NCBI GenBank assembly: GCA_965222075.1
Contig: OZ244937.1
Coordinates: forward strand, 3,776,001-3,840,000
Source of the DNA: Candidatus Latescibacterota bacterium
GTDB lineage: Bacteria > Latescibacterota > UBA2968 > GCA-2709665
DNA length: 64,000 bases
Reading direction: 5' to 3'
Each line of letters opens with the position of its first letter. Positions within the stretch are counted from its first letter, which is position 1. The notes under the pieces are model-generated. The model saw nothing but the letters and a program-made list of their open reading frames with translations, did not search any database and was not told where the DNA came from. A program made the translations under genes and the position numbers. Shown here one piece after another: positions 62,404-64,000 of this stretch.

Positions 62404-64000
62404 ATGCGTGACCTATCCCCCCGGCCCCCTTTCCTGAGAAGAAAGGGGGAGAAAGGCGCAGGAAGTGATGGTTGTAGGATGAGTGACCTATCCCCCCGGC
62501 CCCCTTTCCTGAGAGGAAAGGGGGAGAAAGGCGCAGAAGGTGATGGGTGTAGGATGAGGAGAAGAAATATTGTTATTGGGCAGAAAATGCATCCGGATAA
62601 GGTGAAGATATAAGACAGAATCTTGAAGGTGTTCTGAGTCGTATCGTGACCCAACTGAAGAAACGCTCTACCTTCCAAACCTCTTAGGAACACCCTCTCC
62701 CCTCCCCGTTTCGGGGAGGGGCCGGGGGAGGGGTCACTACCACGGCTGTTCCGCAAGACCCAACCGTTCTGACTGCCAGCGGTATGAGTGACCTATCCCC
62801 CCGGCCCCCTTTCCTGAGAAGAAAGGGGGAGAAAGGCGCAGAAGGCGACGGGGAGTTTGCAGAAAATGCATCCGGATAAGGTGAAGATATAAGACAGAAT
62901 CTTGAAGGTGTTCTGAGTCGTATCGTGACCCAACTGAAGAAACGCTCTACCTTCCAAACCTCTTAGGAACACCCTCTCCCCTCCCCGCCTCGGGGAGGGG
63001 CCGGGGGAGGGGTCACTACCACGGCTGTTCCGCAAGACCCAACTGTTCTGACTGCCAGCGGTATGAGTGACCTATCCCCCCGGCCCCCTTTCCTGAGAAG
63101 AAAGGGGGAGAAAGGCGCAGGAAGTGATGGTTGTAGGATGAGGAGAAGAAATATTGTTATTGGGCAGAAAATGCATCCGGATAAGGTGAAGATATAAGAC
63201 AGAATCTTGAAGGTGTTCTGAGTCGTATCGTGGCCCAACTGAAGAAACGCTCTACCTTCCAAACCTCTTAGGAACACCCTCTCCCCTCCCCGTTTCCCGG
63301 GGGAGGGGCCGGGGGAGGGGTCACTACCACGGCTGTTCCGCAAGCCCCAACCGTTCTGACTGCCAGCGGTATGAGTGACCTATCCCCCCGGCCCCCTTTC
63401 CTGAGAAGAAAGGGGGAGAAAGGCGCAGGAAGTGATGGTTGTAGGATGAGTGACCTATCCCCCCGGCCCCCTTTCCTGAGAGGAAAGGGGGAGAAAGGCG
63501 CAGAAGGTGATGGTTGTAGGATGAGGAGAAAAGATATTGTTATTGGACAGAAAATGCATTGAAGGTGTTCTGAGTCGTATCGTGACCCAACTGAAGAAAC
63601 GCTCTACCTTCCAACCCTCTTAGGAACACCCTCTCCCCTCCCCGTCTCGGGGAGGGGCCGGGGGAGGGGTCACTACCACGGCTGTTCCGCAAGACCCAAC
63701 TGTTCTGACTGCCAGCGGTATGAGTGACCTATCCCCCCGGCCCCCTTTCCTGAGAGGAAAGGGGGAGCAAGGCGCAGAGGTGATGGGTGTAGGATGGGGA
63801 GAAAGGCAGAAAATGCATCCGGATAAGGTGAAGATATAAGACAGAATCTTGAGGTGTTCTGAGTCGTATCGTGACCCAACTGAAGAAACGCTCTACCTTC
63901 CAAACCTCTTAGGAACACCCTCTCCCCTCCCCGCCTCGGGGAGGGGCCGGGGGAGGGGTCACTACCACGGCTGTTCCGCAAGACCCAACCGTTCTGACTG
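62404..64000 (+). repeat. Tandem composite repeat array: hairpin A, DUF559-like mini-gene, hairpin B, 50-bp linker; at least 5 units, runs off the window end
   Basis: Hairpin A (GTGACCTATCCCCCCGGCCCCCTTTCCTGAGA...) starts at 62408, 62483, 62788, 63067, 63375, 63450, 63724; hairpin B (...GGGGCCGGGGGAGGGGTCAC) ends at 62737, 63016, 63324, 63673, 63962; periods 279-349 bp. Confidence 0.95.

Noticed and set aside
62388-63981. Repeated short ORFs (MRNSRGSDPSP..., MSDLSPRPP...) as real genes
   Set aside because: They are translations of hairpin repeats and vary by frameshift between copies.
62404-64000. CRISPR array
   Set aside because: Segments between repeats are near-identical rather than unique spacers, periods are 279-349 bp, and no cas genes are present.
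1-64000. tRNA or rRNA genes
   Set aside because: None recognised by eye; not checked with tRNAscan-SE or similar.

Overview
GC-rich bacterial chromosome segment from a diderm organism (LolA-like gene, lipoproteins, sigma54 system). Secreted proteins ending in FlgD-Ig domains, ankyrin lipoproteins, a sulfatase and a heparinase-like lyase, and a UBact-proteasome operon suggest Latescibacterota or a Poribacteria-like lineage, possibly host-associated; this taxonomy is inference only. In order: decayed MacB/FtsX-type ABC permease genes with an IS256 remnant, an orphan attC-like site and divergent sigma54 promoters next to an NtrC-family regulator/kinase pair (1-7 kb); metabolic genes (8-17 kb); an IS91-scarred island of PIN/HEPN-like genes (17.4-22 kb); a 2-oxoacid/acetoin dehydrogenase E2-E1a-E1b cluster with UPF0182 (24-31 kb); heparinase II/III and neighbours (31-37.5 kb); a complete arc-dop-ubact-prcB-prcA-pafA operon (37.6-44.2 kb); a decaying defence island with an ATPase/partner pair and a Menshen-like remnant (44.4-48.7 kb); msrP and amidohydrolases; large secreted dockerin/cohesin/FlgD-like proteins (54-61 kb). 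The window ends in a tandem array (62.4-64 kb) whose unit looks like an internally deleted DUF559 endonuclease gene between two inverted hairpin repeats, with a lone junction copy at 54.0 kb; this is the most novel-looking element. All family assignments come from motif recognition by eye; no searches were run.
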